A stretch of 64,000 nucleotides of DNA from contig JANNVN010000123.1 in assembly GCA_031414435.1 (NCBI GenBank), positions 1,158 through 65,157 on the forward strand. The letters run 5' to 3'. Below, in pieces: positions 54,501 to 62,278 of the stretch. The DNA comes from Gemmatimonadaceae bacterium (GTDB lineage Bacteria > Gemmatimonadota > Gemmatimonadetes > Gemmatimonadales > Gemmatimonadaceae). A program made the position numbers and the translations under genes. Positions within the stretch are counted from its first letter, which is position 1; each line of letters opens with the position of its first letter. The notes below the pieces were generated by a model. That model was not told the origin of the DNA. It saw only the letters and a list, made by a program, of their open reading frames with translations, and searched no databases.

Positions 54501-57500
54501 ATCGGGACGGAGGACGTTGCACTGTCAGATGTCTCATTGCGCGAAGGACTGACCGTTCCGGAAGCCGGAACCGTCACGGCGCAAGTCGTCGCGACACCAC
54601 GTGACGATGGGACCTTCCTGATTCAGGTGTTCAGCGAGGTGCTGGCAGATGCGGAGAGCGATACGGCTGCAACCTGGCGTACGCATCTCGAAGCAACCGC
54701 GTCGCCATCGTCCACCGCAGCACCGGTGAGCGGCGTTCCGTCGCTGGCGGCCGAGGGCCGGGTCGACAAGGATGTGAACGCGTACTACGACCACCTCACC
54801 GCTCAGGGTGCCCTCTACGGTCCCGGGTTTCGCTGTATCACGTCCATCGGGCGTTCAAACGGAGAAGTGGTGGGCCGTATGGAGCTGCCCGAGGCCCTCG
54901 GTGACGATCGACTCCTGTTCATGGTGCACCCCGCGATGCTCGATGCCGCCATTCAAATGGTCGGCGTCGGGCTGCCGTGGGCCGATGACCCGCAACAGAC
55001 TGACGATGTGTTCCTCCCCGTCAGTGTCGCGAGCTATCGCGTGTTCCAATCCGCGCCAACCGTCGCCTGGTGCCACATCCACGCGTTGCGGGTCAATCCG
55101 ACCCGGAGCAGTATCTCGACAGACTTTCTGCTCATCGATCCTTCGGGTGCAACGATCGCCGCAGTCGAAGGGCTCGAGTTGCACCGTGTGTCACGTGCGG
55201 CGATGCAGAGGGCTGCGGACAAACCCGTGCGACCCGATTGGATGCTGGAAGTTGACTGGCAGGCCGCACCGCTCGACGGCGCGGCGCAGCCGGTTACCGG
55301 TAACTGGTTGCTCGTGAGCGATGGTGCACCGTTGGCGGCAGAGCTGGCCGCGCAGTTGACCGAACGAGGAGCATCGGTCTTCGTCGCCGAGCACAGCGCG
55401 CAATTCACGGACACTGCGCAGGGCTGGACTCTCGACGTCACTGACGCGTCGCACTTCCAGCGTCTCTTCGCCGAGGCGCCGCCGCGCGTCGGTACACCGT
55501 GGACCGGTGTCGTCTCGATGGTGGGCACGCCGACGGATCCAGAGGACCTCGACGGCGCAGCGCTGTCCCGGTTGCATGCGCATCGTGTCGGGGCGCTGCT
55601 GGCACTGGTTCCCGTGATGGCCGACAGCGGTGCAAAGCTCTGGATCATCACACGCGGGACGCAAGCCGTCGGCGATGTCGTCCCTGACCTCGTCGACGCG
55701 CCGATCTGGGGGCTCGCGAACGTGATCGCCAGCGAGTACCCGGCGTTGCGCGTGGTCCGCATCGACCTCGATACGACGGTGCGCCGCGACACCGCGGCGC
55801 TGCTGGCCGCCGCCGTGACCGTCGCCGACAACGAGGATCGCGTGGCGCTGCGTGGCACCCAGCGTTACGTGGCTCGGTTGGCACCGGGGGTGTTGCGCAA
55901 CGTCGAGGGACTTCCGCCACGACGCCTCGAGATCATGGAGCGTGGGATTCTCGAAAACCTCGCGCTGAATGTCGTGCCGCGTGAGGCCCCCGGCCCCAAT
56001 CAAGTCGAGATCCGTGTGTACGCCACCGGGCTCAACTTCCGCGATGTGCTCAATGCCCTGGGGATGTATCCCGGCGACCCGGGCCCACTGGGCAACGAGT
56101 GCTCGGGTGTCATCACCGCCGTTGGTGAAGGGGTCGATGATCTCTTCGTGGGTGACGAGGTGGTCACGATGATCGATCGCAGTTTCGCAACCTACGTCAT
56201 CGCGCTCGCGATCCAGACGGTACGCAAGCCGGCGAACCTGAGCTTCGTCGAAGCCGCGACGATTCCTGTCACGTTTCTCACCGCAGAGTATGCACTCAGC
56301 ACGCTGGGCGGCATGAAGCGCGGCGACAAAGTGCTGATCCATGCGTCGACCGGTGGAGTTGGCATGGCAGCGATTCAACTCGCTCGCCGCGCCGGTGCCG
56401 AGATCTTCGGAACCGCCGGCACGCCGGCCAAGCGCGCGATGGCGCTGGCGCTCGGCGTGGACCATATCTCCGACTCGCGCTCGCTGGTGTTCGCCGAGGA
56501 CTTCGACCGCGTCACCAACGGCTCAGGTGTCGACATCGTCCTGAACTCCCTTGCCGGCGACTTCATTCCCACCAGCCTGCGACTGCTCAAGCGCGGCGGC
56601 CACTTCATCGAAATCGGCAAGACCGGTATCTGGGACAAGGAAACGGTCGCCGAGTCGTTTCCCGGCATACACTATCATCCCCTCTATCTGGGCGAGATCG
56701 CCCTCGCCGAGCCACAGTTCACGCACGACATGCTGCAGCGGCTGATGGATGATTTCGCGACTGGTGCCCTCACGCCGCTGCCGCAGAAGGTGTACCCGCT
56801 GGAGCGCGCGGAGGAAGCCTTCCGTTTCATGGGCCAGGGGTTGCACACCGGGAAGATCGTCATCACGCAACACCGGACACCGGAGGTCCGTCCGGATGCG
56901 AGCTACCTGATAACCGGTGGCCTCGGCGGACTTGGCGTCGCCTGTGCTGAGTGGCTGGTCGGCCTTGGTGCACGAAACGTGGTGCTGCTCGGTCGGCGTG
57001 CGCCGTCTGCGAGCGTGGAGGTACAGCTCGACGCGTTGCGCGCCACTGGCGTCACGGTGCTGGTGGCGTCATGCGATATCGCGGTTGAGAGCGATGTGGC
57101 GGCGGTGCTGGCGCAGATTGCCGCGTCGTTGCCACCACTTCGGGGCATCCTGCATGCCGCGGGTGTGGTGGACGACGGCATGCTGCCCGAGCAGACGCTT
57201 GACCGATTTGCACGGGTCATGGCTCCCAAGGTGCTTGGCACCTGGAACCTCCACCGGCTCACGCGCCAGCTGCCGATCGACTTCTTCGTGCTCTTCTCCT
57301 CCGGCGCGGCGCTGCTCGGATCGCCGGGACAGAGCAACTATGCAGCAGCAAACAGCTTCATGGACTCGATGGCCTTCGTGCGTCGGGCCGAGGGACGGCA
57401 TGCGCTGAGCATCAACTGGGGGAGCTGGTCCGAGGTCGGCATGGCTGCTGAAGTCGGCGACGCACATCGTCGACGCTGGGCGGCACAGGGACTCGGCATG

Positions 57501-58016
57501 ATCACACCGGACAAGGGTGTGCGAATGCTGCAGGATCTGCTGCAGCGTTCCGAGTCGCCGAATGTGGCGGCACTCCCGATCGACCGGGCGAAGATGCCAC
57601 GCAGCCTCGGACCGCTGTACGAGCGCCTGGTTGCGCCCGTGGCGAAGCAGACGGCGCAGGCGATCGGTGGTGGCGATGTGCTGAAGCGGATCACTGATGC
57701 AGGACCCGAGGATCGCGCACCAATTCTGACCGCATTCCTGACCGAGCAGATCGTCCGCGTGCTTGCGCTCTCGTCGGCGAGTCGCGCCCGGCCCGATCTG
57801 TCACTGATGGATATCGGGATGGATTCACTCACGGCGATGGAGCTGAGGAATCGCGTGCAAGGTGCGGTCAAGGTTCGACTGTCGGTCGCCGACCTGCTGC
57901 AGGGCCCAACCATCAACGAACTCACGGTCAGTATCCTGAGTGAGCTTGCACTGGGCGATGGCGGCGCGCTCGCCGCGGTCGAGTCGGGGCCGGTATGGGA
58001 GGAAGGTTCGTTGTGA
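51546..58016 (+). CDS. type I PKS, Ndock-KS-AT(malonyl-type)-DH-ER-KR-ACP; ends at the ACP with no release domain
   Basis: N-terminal YRALLTRSLVAIEKLEAKL. KS: DTACSSS (Cys 52170-52172). AT: GHSVGE (Ser 53523-53525), HAFHS. DH: HPLLGDR...HRIYDAALLPGA (His 54426-54428), YGPGF, LDAAIQ. ER: LNFRDVL, LIHASTGGVGMAAIQLAR. KR: ITGGLGGLG, HAAGVVDDG. ACP: IGMDSLTA (Ser 57825-57827). Only about 62 aa follow the ACP Ser. Tail ...ESGPVWEEGSL. Confidence 0.93.
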   Translation: MTEPQQPDYRALLTRSLVAIEKLEAKLAAAEHARSEPIAVVGMACRFPGHANDLEGYWSLLSRGGDAVTVVPSHRWDAEASFDPDPDALTKSYTKWGAFIDDVETFDAAFFGISPREAVSLDPQHRLLLEVTWEALEHAAIAPSSLAGTRASVFIGISTIDYANMIGDIVGSRNGDAYAASGSAHSIASGRLSYFLGAHGPNYAVDTACSSSVVAIHGAIQSLRNGETGLAIAGGVSLTLSNLGSILTSRARMMSFDGHCKTFDESADGYVRGEGCGMVVLKRLSDAERDGDRILALLRGSAINQDGRSSGLTAPNGTAQEAVIRDALANARLTPQDISVIEAHGTGTPLGDPIEMKALGAVFGARSKDEPLLVGSVKTNIGHLEAASGIAGIIKVILAMQHREVPPHLHFSTPNHLIPWDTIPVRVPTASMPWSTPPGVPRRAGVSSFGFSGTNSHVILEEAPAPLTTMEVGRVARAQVLVLSAQTSGALRSQVANYAGFLEREEVPPVGDVAFTAAVGRSHLPERLALVAESASAAAAQLRQFLDDETTPGVTARRFTSGTAPEIGFLFSGQGAQYPGMSRELYETEPVFRSALDACAAIVDPLLPSPLLPVIMGTAEFSEQLDDTAFTQPALFAVEYALAQLWRSWGVTPAVVMGHSVGEYVAACLAGVFSLVDGLRLIAARGRLMSALPRDGTMVAVFAPRARVAAALAGFEADVDIGAVNGPTNTVISGRASAIDVILRALASDGIEFARLNVSHAFHSPMMAPILDEFERIAGTVAFSLPDIGLVSNVTGRLAGSEITTAAYWRRHVRDAVLFTDSIATLHAEGIHTFLEIGPAPILSGMGQRCERGNDAVWLSSMKKGRSDRESMLESVGRLHLEGQPIEWKAVCDAGARRVELPSYPFQRERYWFDSTPRQTLTPGVAGRSTGHPLLGDRVSSPVLLFQTSLSIANTPWLSDHRIYDAALLPGAGFIELALAAAREVIGTEDVALSDVSLREGLTVPEAGTVTAQVVATPRDDGTFLIQVFSEVLADAESDTAATWRTHLEATASPSSTAAPVSGVPSLAAEGRVDKDVNAYYDHLTAQGALYGPGFRCITSIGRSNGEVVGRMELPEALGDDRLLFMVHPAMLDAAIQMVGVGLPWADDPQQTDDVFLPVSVASYRVFQSAPTVAWCHIHALRVNPTRSSISTDFLLIDPSGATIAAVEGLELHRVSRAAMQRAADKPVRPDWMLEVDWQAAPLDGAAQPVTGNWLLVSDGAPLAAELAAQLTERGASVFVAEHSAQFTDTAQGWTLDVTDASHFQRLFAEAPPRVGTPWTGVVSMVGTPTDPEDLDGAALSRLHAHRVGALLALVPVMADSGAKLWIITRGTQAVGDVVPDLVDAPIWGLANVIASEYPALRVVRIDLDTTVRRDTAALLAAAVTVADNEDRVALRGTQRYVARLAPGVLRNVEGLPPRRLEIMERGILENLALNVVPREAPGPNQVEIRVYATGLNFRDVLNALGMYPGDPGPLGNECSGVITAVGEGVDDLFVGDEVVTMIDRSFATYVIALAIQTVRKPANLSFVEAATIPVTFLTAEYALSTLGGMKRGDKVLIHASTGGVGMAAIQLARRAGAEIFGTAGTPAKRAMALALGVDHISDSRSLVFAEDFDRVTNGSGVDIVLNSLAGDFIPTSLRLLKRGGHFIEIGKTGIWDKETVAESFPGIHYHPLYLGEIALAEPQFTHDMLQRLMDDFATGALTPLPQKVYPLERAEEAFRFMGQGLHTGKIVITQHRTPEVRPDASYLITGGLGGLGVACAEWLVGLGARNVVLLGRRAPSASVEVQLDALRATGVTVLVASCDIAVESDVAAVLAQIAASLPPLRGILHAAGVVDDGMLPEQTLDRFARVMAPKVLGTWNLHRLTRQLPIDFFVLFSSGAALLGSPGQSNYAAANSFMDSMAFVRRAEGRHALSINWGSWSEVGMAAEVGDAHRRRWAAQGLGMITPDKGVRMLQDLLQRSESPNVAALPIDRAKMPRSLGPLYERLVAPVAKQTAQAIGGGDVLKRITDAGPEDRAPILTAFLTEQIVRVLALSSASRARPDLSLMDIGMDSLTAMELRNRVQGAVKVRLSVADLLQGPTINELTVSILSELALGDGGALAAVESGPVWEEGSL

Positions 58017-58930
58017 CCACGCGAGTCGAATCGTCGGCGCACGACGCGATATCGTCGGCGCCCGATCGGCGTCAGGCGATGGTGTTGATGACGGCGTTCG
58101 CGGTACTCTGGGCCGTGCTCGAAAATGAAGTCGGTGTGCGACTCCGTCGGCCGTATGACCTGACGCAGATCGTATGGTGTCGGTACGCCAGTCACCTGCT
58201 GATCGCTGCCATGGTCTGGGGGCTGCGCCGACCGTCGCGATTGTGGGTCACGTCGCGGCCGCGACTGCAAGTCGGGCGATCATTCCTGATGCTGGTGATG
58301 CCACTCAGCTTCGCTTTTGCGATCGCGAGTGGACTGGGAGTTGTCACCGCGTGGGCGGTGTTCTGGTGCGCGCCGCTGCTGATCCTCGCGTTCGCACATT
58401 TCTTGTTTGGCGAGAGAGTGCCGGCCTGGGCCTGGCTGCTGACATTGCTCGCATCTGTTGGCGCGATAGCCATGATCGGACCACCGGGATTACCAGCGAT
58501 GCGTTCGCTGGTATGGCCGCTGGTGATGGCAGGATCGTTCGCGCTCTACGTCGTCCTGACGCGGCAACTGCGGAGCGAACCGCTCTCTGCAAACATGTTC
58601 TACACGGCGGTGGGCGTGATCATCCCGCTCAGCGTCTACGTCCCACGCGTCTGGGTGACACCAACACCGCACGATGCCATCATCCTCTTCGGTATCGGTG
58701 CCGTAGGCTTTCTCGCACTGGCCGCGCTCGATCGCGCCGCGGAGCGTGCCCCGGTTTCGATGACTGCCGCCTTCCTCGCGATGCAGGTCGCCGCGACAGT
58801 GCTGATCGGGTGGGCCCGACAGACCGTGAGCATGACTGGATTGACGTTGGTCTGGCTCGCGGTGACAGTGATCAGTCTCGCGGCCTTATGGCGGTTCCTC
58901 CCTGGAATCCCCGGAACCGATTCGCGCTGA
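58013..58930 (+). CDS. EamA/DMT-superfamily permease (putative exporter)
   Basis: GTG 58013 overlaps the PKS stop (GTGA); an alternative ATG (MVLMTAF...) lies about 66 nt downstream. The protein is polytopic and hydrophobic with about 10 predicted TM segments. It shows the two-fold EamA-like repeat (…FGERVPAWAWLLTLLASVGAIAMIGP… and …LTLVWLAVTVISLAALW…). Confidence 0.7.
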   Translation: MTTRVESSAHDAISSAPDRRQAMVLMTAFAVLWAVLENEVGVRLRRPYDLTQIVWCRYASHLLIAAMVWGLRRPSRLWVTSRPRLQVGRSFLMLVMPLSFAFAIASGLGVVTAWAVFWCAPLLILAFAHFLFGERVPAWAWLLTLLASVGAIAMIGPPGLPAMRSLVWPLVMAGSFALYVVLTRQLRSEPLSANMFYTAVGVIIPLSVYVPRVWVTPTPHDAIILFGIGAVGFLALAALDRAAERAPVSMTAAFLAMQVAATVLIGWARQTVSMTGLTLVWLAVTVISLAALWRFLPGIPGTDSR

Positions 58931-59096
58931 GGTACGTCGGCCACAGGCACCGTCGCCATTCGACCGTCGGATACGGCGCTGCTACTGGCGATTGACGTTC
59001 CGCGATTTCGATGCCTAACCCTGACGCATGCCCGGACCGGGAACCTGTCTGGCACTCCGTTGACCGGAAGTCTGCCGTCTCTCTGCCCAGACACCC

Positions 59097-59609
59097 ATGT
59101 TCGCACTGCTCGTAGCGTCCCTGATCCTCCCCTCTGACACACTGCACTGGGAGATTTTCAACCACGGCCGACTGGTGGGTGCGATGACCGAGGTCGACAC
59201 GGGCGACACGAACACCGTGCGCTGGCGTCACCAGGATCGGCAGCGCGGGCCGCGACAGGAAACGAAGTAGCACCGCAATGCCCAAGGCGCCGTCGTCGGG
59301 TTTGCGACACGAACTCTGGGTGTGATCGACAACGTGCCAGGCGACGTGACTGAATCTGCCGAGTGGCGCAATGGTCGATGGCAGTGGAAGGTCGGCCGCG
59401 ATGCCGGGAGCGCGCTGGCGGGATCATTCGTCGCCGGACGCTCCAGCGACACGCCAACCGAGTCCGCGGTGGGCGGCTTCTACGTCCCTGCGAATGAGTC
59501 GCCTTGGGAGCGCATCACCGATCTGCGTCGGACGCACTCGGTGATCCGTGGCGGGCGAGTCTACGATGTTGACGCGCTGTTTCGCGCGATGGGCGTGACG
59601 CGGAGGTGA
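59097..59609 (+). pseudogene. decayed amidohydrolase-family gene (N-terminal accessory domain fragment + extreme C-terminus; catalytic barrel missing)
   Basis: A 57-aa ORF (59097-59270) reads MFALLVASL...WEIFNHGRLVGAMTEVDTGDTNTVRWRHQDRQRGPRQ and then stops. The next frame (59322-59609) ends ...GGFYVPANESPWERITDLRRTHSVIRGGRVYDVDALFRAMG. That ending matches the typical ...NPLEDI..LR.V..V.K.G.VYD tail of metal-dependent amidohydrolases. The two pieces sum to only about 150 aa, and no HxH metal motif is present. Confidence 0.35.
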
Positions 59610-59727
59610 GCTGCGGGCTGTCACCTGCGGGCTGTCAGGAGCGTGATGATCCGTGCCCGACCGACTACGGCCGACATGAGCCGAGTGACCGGACGACGAC
59701 GCGTCTCAGGATACGAACCCTGCAACC

Positions 59728-60969
59728 GTGAGACTCCGCATGCGCATCCCATCCGTTTTCCAGCTGACCCTCACTCCGTTCACCGTCCTCATCATTGCCG
59801 CGTGCGGAGCGAATTCTGCGGAAGACGCATCACGGAACGGTTCGTCTGCAGCGTCCTCCGGCTCCGCAGCGGGCACGTTGCCCGCCCCCCGCGGACCAAC
59901 CCGACCGTTGCCCGATGGGGCGGTGATGCTGCAGCGCGTCAACATCATTGATCCCGGTGTGATCGCCGCGGGCACCGCCATGACGGCGCTTGTGCCGCAC
60001 GGGTGGTCAACCCACGGCGGGGTGGTTCCGGGGGTCGGTCTGTGCAGCGATCCGTATGGGGTCGACTGGACCGCCACATCCGCCGACGGGCTGTCGTCGA
60101 TCTCGATCTTCCCCACCGAGGTGTGGCAGACGAGCAGCACAGGGCTGCGCAGCGACTGTCGTGAGGCCTCGTTTGCCTCAGCAAGGGAGTACCTCGAGGC
60201 GCGTGTGGCTCAGGCGTTCCCCGACGCCCAGGTGCAGGAGTACCGCGATCGCCCCGACTTCGCGCAGTCAGCGCGCGAGATGGCGCGACAGACCCAGGCG
60301 ATGGCGCAGCAGATGGGGCTGTCCATGTCCGTCAAGGCGGAAGGTGGTGAAGTGCTGTTCACCTATCGGCAAGGTGGCACCGCAATGCGCGGGGTGTTGG
60401 GCGTGAGCGCCGTGTTCTACATGAGCAGTCTGATGAATCCGATGGGCGGCCCACCGCTGACGTCACTCAACGCGTCAACCCAGGGGACGTTCGCCGCGAC
60501 AGCGCCGGATGGCCAGCTCGACATCGAGCTCGTCGAGGCATCGCGACGCTCAATCCTTCCCAACGCAGAGTGGCTCGCGCAGCTGTTCGCCCTGCAGAAC
60601 AAGCTTGGCGGTATCGCGGTGCAGGGAACGCGTGAACGCGCGGCGATCATCGTGGCTGGGGGCGCGGCCGCGACGAAAGCGAACATCGAGAGCTTCCAGA
60701 TCGCCAGCGGCGCTAACCGCACCGGTGCGTCGGGCGAACTCTATCCCGGCGAAGCCAGCAGCGACCGGATGCAGCGCGCGTCGATCGAGGCAGTCCGCGG
60801 CGTGGATACCTATCTCGATCCGGTCAACAATTCGCCCGTGCAGCTGGATCATAGCTACGGCAACGCGTGGCGCGTAAGCAATCAGGACGCGTACATCCTG
60901 ACCAAGGACCCCAACTTCAATCCTGGTCAGTACGGGATCGAGGCGACCAGAATGCAGGTGGTCAAATAG
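59728..60969 (+). CDS. hypothetical lipoprotein
   Basis: 413 aa. MRLRMRIPSVFQLTLTPFTVLIIAACGANS has a lipobox (I-A-A-C). I recognise no family. Confidence 0.55.
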   Translation: MRLRMRIPSVFQLTLTPFTVLIIAACGANSAEDASRNGSSAASSGSAAGTLPAPRGPTRPLPDGAVMLQRVNIIDPGVIAAGTAMTALVPHGWSTHGGVVPGVGLCSDPYGVDWTATSADGLSSISIFPTEVWQTSSTGLRSDCREASFASAREYLEARVAQAFPDAQVQEYRDRPDFAQSAREMARQTQAMAQQMGLSMSVKAEGGEVLFTYRQGGTAMRGVLGVSAVFYMSSLMNPMGGPPLTSLNASTQGTFAATAPDGQLDIELVEASRRSILPNAEWLAQLFALQNKLGGIAVQGTRERAAIIVAGGAAATKANIESFQIASGANRTGASGELYPGEASSDRMQRASIEAVRGVDTYLDPVNNSPVQLDHSYGNAWRVSNQDAYILTKDPNFNPGQYGIEATRMQVVK

Positions 60970-61009
60970 CGTTCGTCGGGGGGCGCGCGGCCAGCCGGAA
61001 TGCTCCGAC

Positions 61010-61038
61010 CGGCGACTGCGTCGCCGCATTTCGTTTCC
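61010..61038 (+). terminator. candidate intrinsic terminator after the lipoprotein gene
   Basis: cGGCGAC-tgc-GTCGCCg forms a 7-bp GC-rich stem with a 3-nt loop, followed by cATTTCGTTTCC. It lies 41 nt after the stop at 60969. Confidence 0.3.
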
Positions 61039-61192
61039 ACGCCACCGCTCAGGCGACAGCACTGCGATTCGCGCCTCCCTGGGCTACCGGACTCCGGGCA
61101 ATTGACGCGAAGGCGTGCAGCGTTGCAGTATCTTCGAGCAGTTGGTGCCGCTGCACTGCTGCGCGCGCACTGCGACTCCAGCCGCCCCCGCG

Positions 61193-62188
61193 ATGTCGCT
61201 CATGCAGACTCGGTCTCTTCTCACGCCGCCGTTGCGCGGTAGCGTCGCTCTGATCCCACCGCTGGCGCGCCGCACGCGCATCGCCCTCGGCTGCGCTGTG
61301 GGCGTTCTCGTTGGCGGAGTGTTCGCGGCGTCCGCCGAATCGCCCGTGCGCAATCGTGTTGTCTCGCCAAGCGTGCTGGCGCTGGCGCAGGCTCAGGCGA
61401 TGGCGTGGGTGCCGTTGTTCAATGGCAGGGACCTGAAAGACTGGGACATCAAGTTCGCCGGCTACCCGCTTGGTACCAACTTTCGCAACACGTTTCGTGT
61501 CGATTCCGGCATGCTGCGTGTGAATTACGACGAGTGGACCGACTTCAATGATCAATTCGGACACATCGTCTATAAAAAGCCGTTTTCTTACTATATCGTC
61601 GCTGTCGAGTATCGGTTCCGGGGGCAGCAGGTCACCGGTGCCGGGGAGGGCGTCAGCTGGGCGATCCGGAACAACGGCATCATGGTGCATTCCCAGTCTG
61701 CCGCCAGCATGGGGCTGACGCAGGATTTCCCCATCTCACTCGAAGTGCAACTGCTCGGCGGCCTTGGACGCAGCACCCGCACGAACGGCAATCTGTGCAC
61801 GCCTGGCACGCACGTGGTCATGAACGACAAACTGGTCACGTCGCACTGCATCAACTCGGGCTCCGCAACCTACGACGGCGACCAATGGGTCCGCGTGGAA
61901 GCGATGGTGCTTGGCGACTCGGTGATCAAGCACATCGTGAATGGTGATACCGTCCTGACCTACTTCAAGCCACAGATGGGCGGCGGTGCCGCGAACAACA
62001 CCAAACCCGGAGTGTTGATCGACGGCAAGATGCTCTCCGAGGGATACATCGCGCTGCAGGCGGAAACAGCGCCGATTGATTTTCGGAAGGTGGAGATCGT
62101 GAATCTGAAGGGCTGCATGAACCCCCGGAGCGCGAGTTACCGGCGCTACTTCGTGAAGTCCGATCCTGCGGCGTGCAAGTCGCGGTAG
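61193..62188 (+). CDS. DUF1080 / 3-keto-disaccharide hydrolase-family (LamG-like) secreted protein
   Basis: From ATG 61193 there is a signal/TM segment, RTRIALGCAVGVLVGGVFAASA. Then come WVPLFNGRDLKDWDIKF..., NNGIMVHSQ, LEVQLLGG and GYIALQAETAPIDFRKVEIVNL, the characteristic DUF1080 start and end motifs. Confidence 0.7.
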   Translation: MSLMQTRSLLTPPLRGSVALIPPLARRTRIALGCAVGVLVGGVFAASAESPVRNRVVSPSVLALAQAQAMAWVPLFNGRDLKDWDIKFAGYPLGTNFRNTFRVDSGMLRVNYDEWTDFNDQFGHIVYKKPFSYYIVAVEYRFRGQQVTGAGEGVSWAIRNNGIMVHSQSAASMGLTQDFPISLEVQLLGGLGRSTRTNGNLCTPGTHVVMNDKLVTSHCINSGSATYDGDQWVRVEAMVLGDSVIKHIVNGDTVLTYFKPQMGGGAANNTKPGVLIDGKMLSEGYIALQAETAPIDFRKVEIVNLKGCMNPRSASYRRYFVKSDPAACKSR

Positions 62189-62278
62189 TCAAGGCCGGTC
62201 GCAGTAACTGTGCATTGCTGGCCTTGGCGCCGGCTGTTGCGCCGGTTGTTTGGACGTTGTAGGGGGTGGCTAACATCG

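Noticed and set aside
11216-58016. Dozens of 60-450-aa ORFs in alternative frames and on the minus strand throughout the PKS/NRPS genes (for example 12317-13111, 15598-16563, 27759-29288, 33890-35230, 49990-51351).
   Set aside because: They overlap long ORFs that carry complete, ordered catalytic motifs. Their translations are Arg/Pro/Gly/Ala-rich and low in complexity, as expected for off-frame reading of about 68% GC coding DNA. None shows a recognisable motif.
59611-59637. Tandem duplication CTGCGGGCTGTCA-c-CTGCGGGCTGTCA immediately after the amidohydrolase remnant.
   Set aside because: There are only two copies of 13 nt in decaying intergenic DNA. This is most simply a slippage duplication. 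It has no dyad symmetry and no obvious promoter context.
62226-62251. Weak hairpin GGCGC-cggctgtt-GCGCC followed by GGTTGTTTGG after the DUF1080 gene, considered as a terminator.
   Set aside because: The stem is only 5 bp with an 8-nt loop and a poor U-tract. This is too weak to annotate in a GC-rich genome, where such hairpins are frequent.
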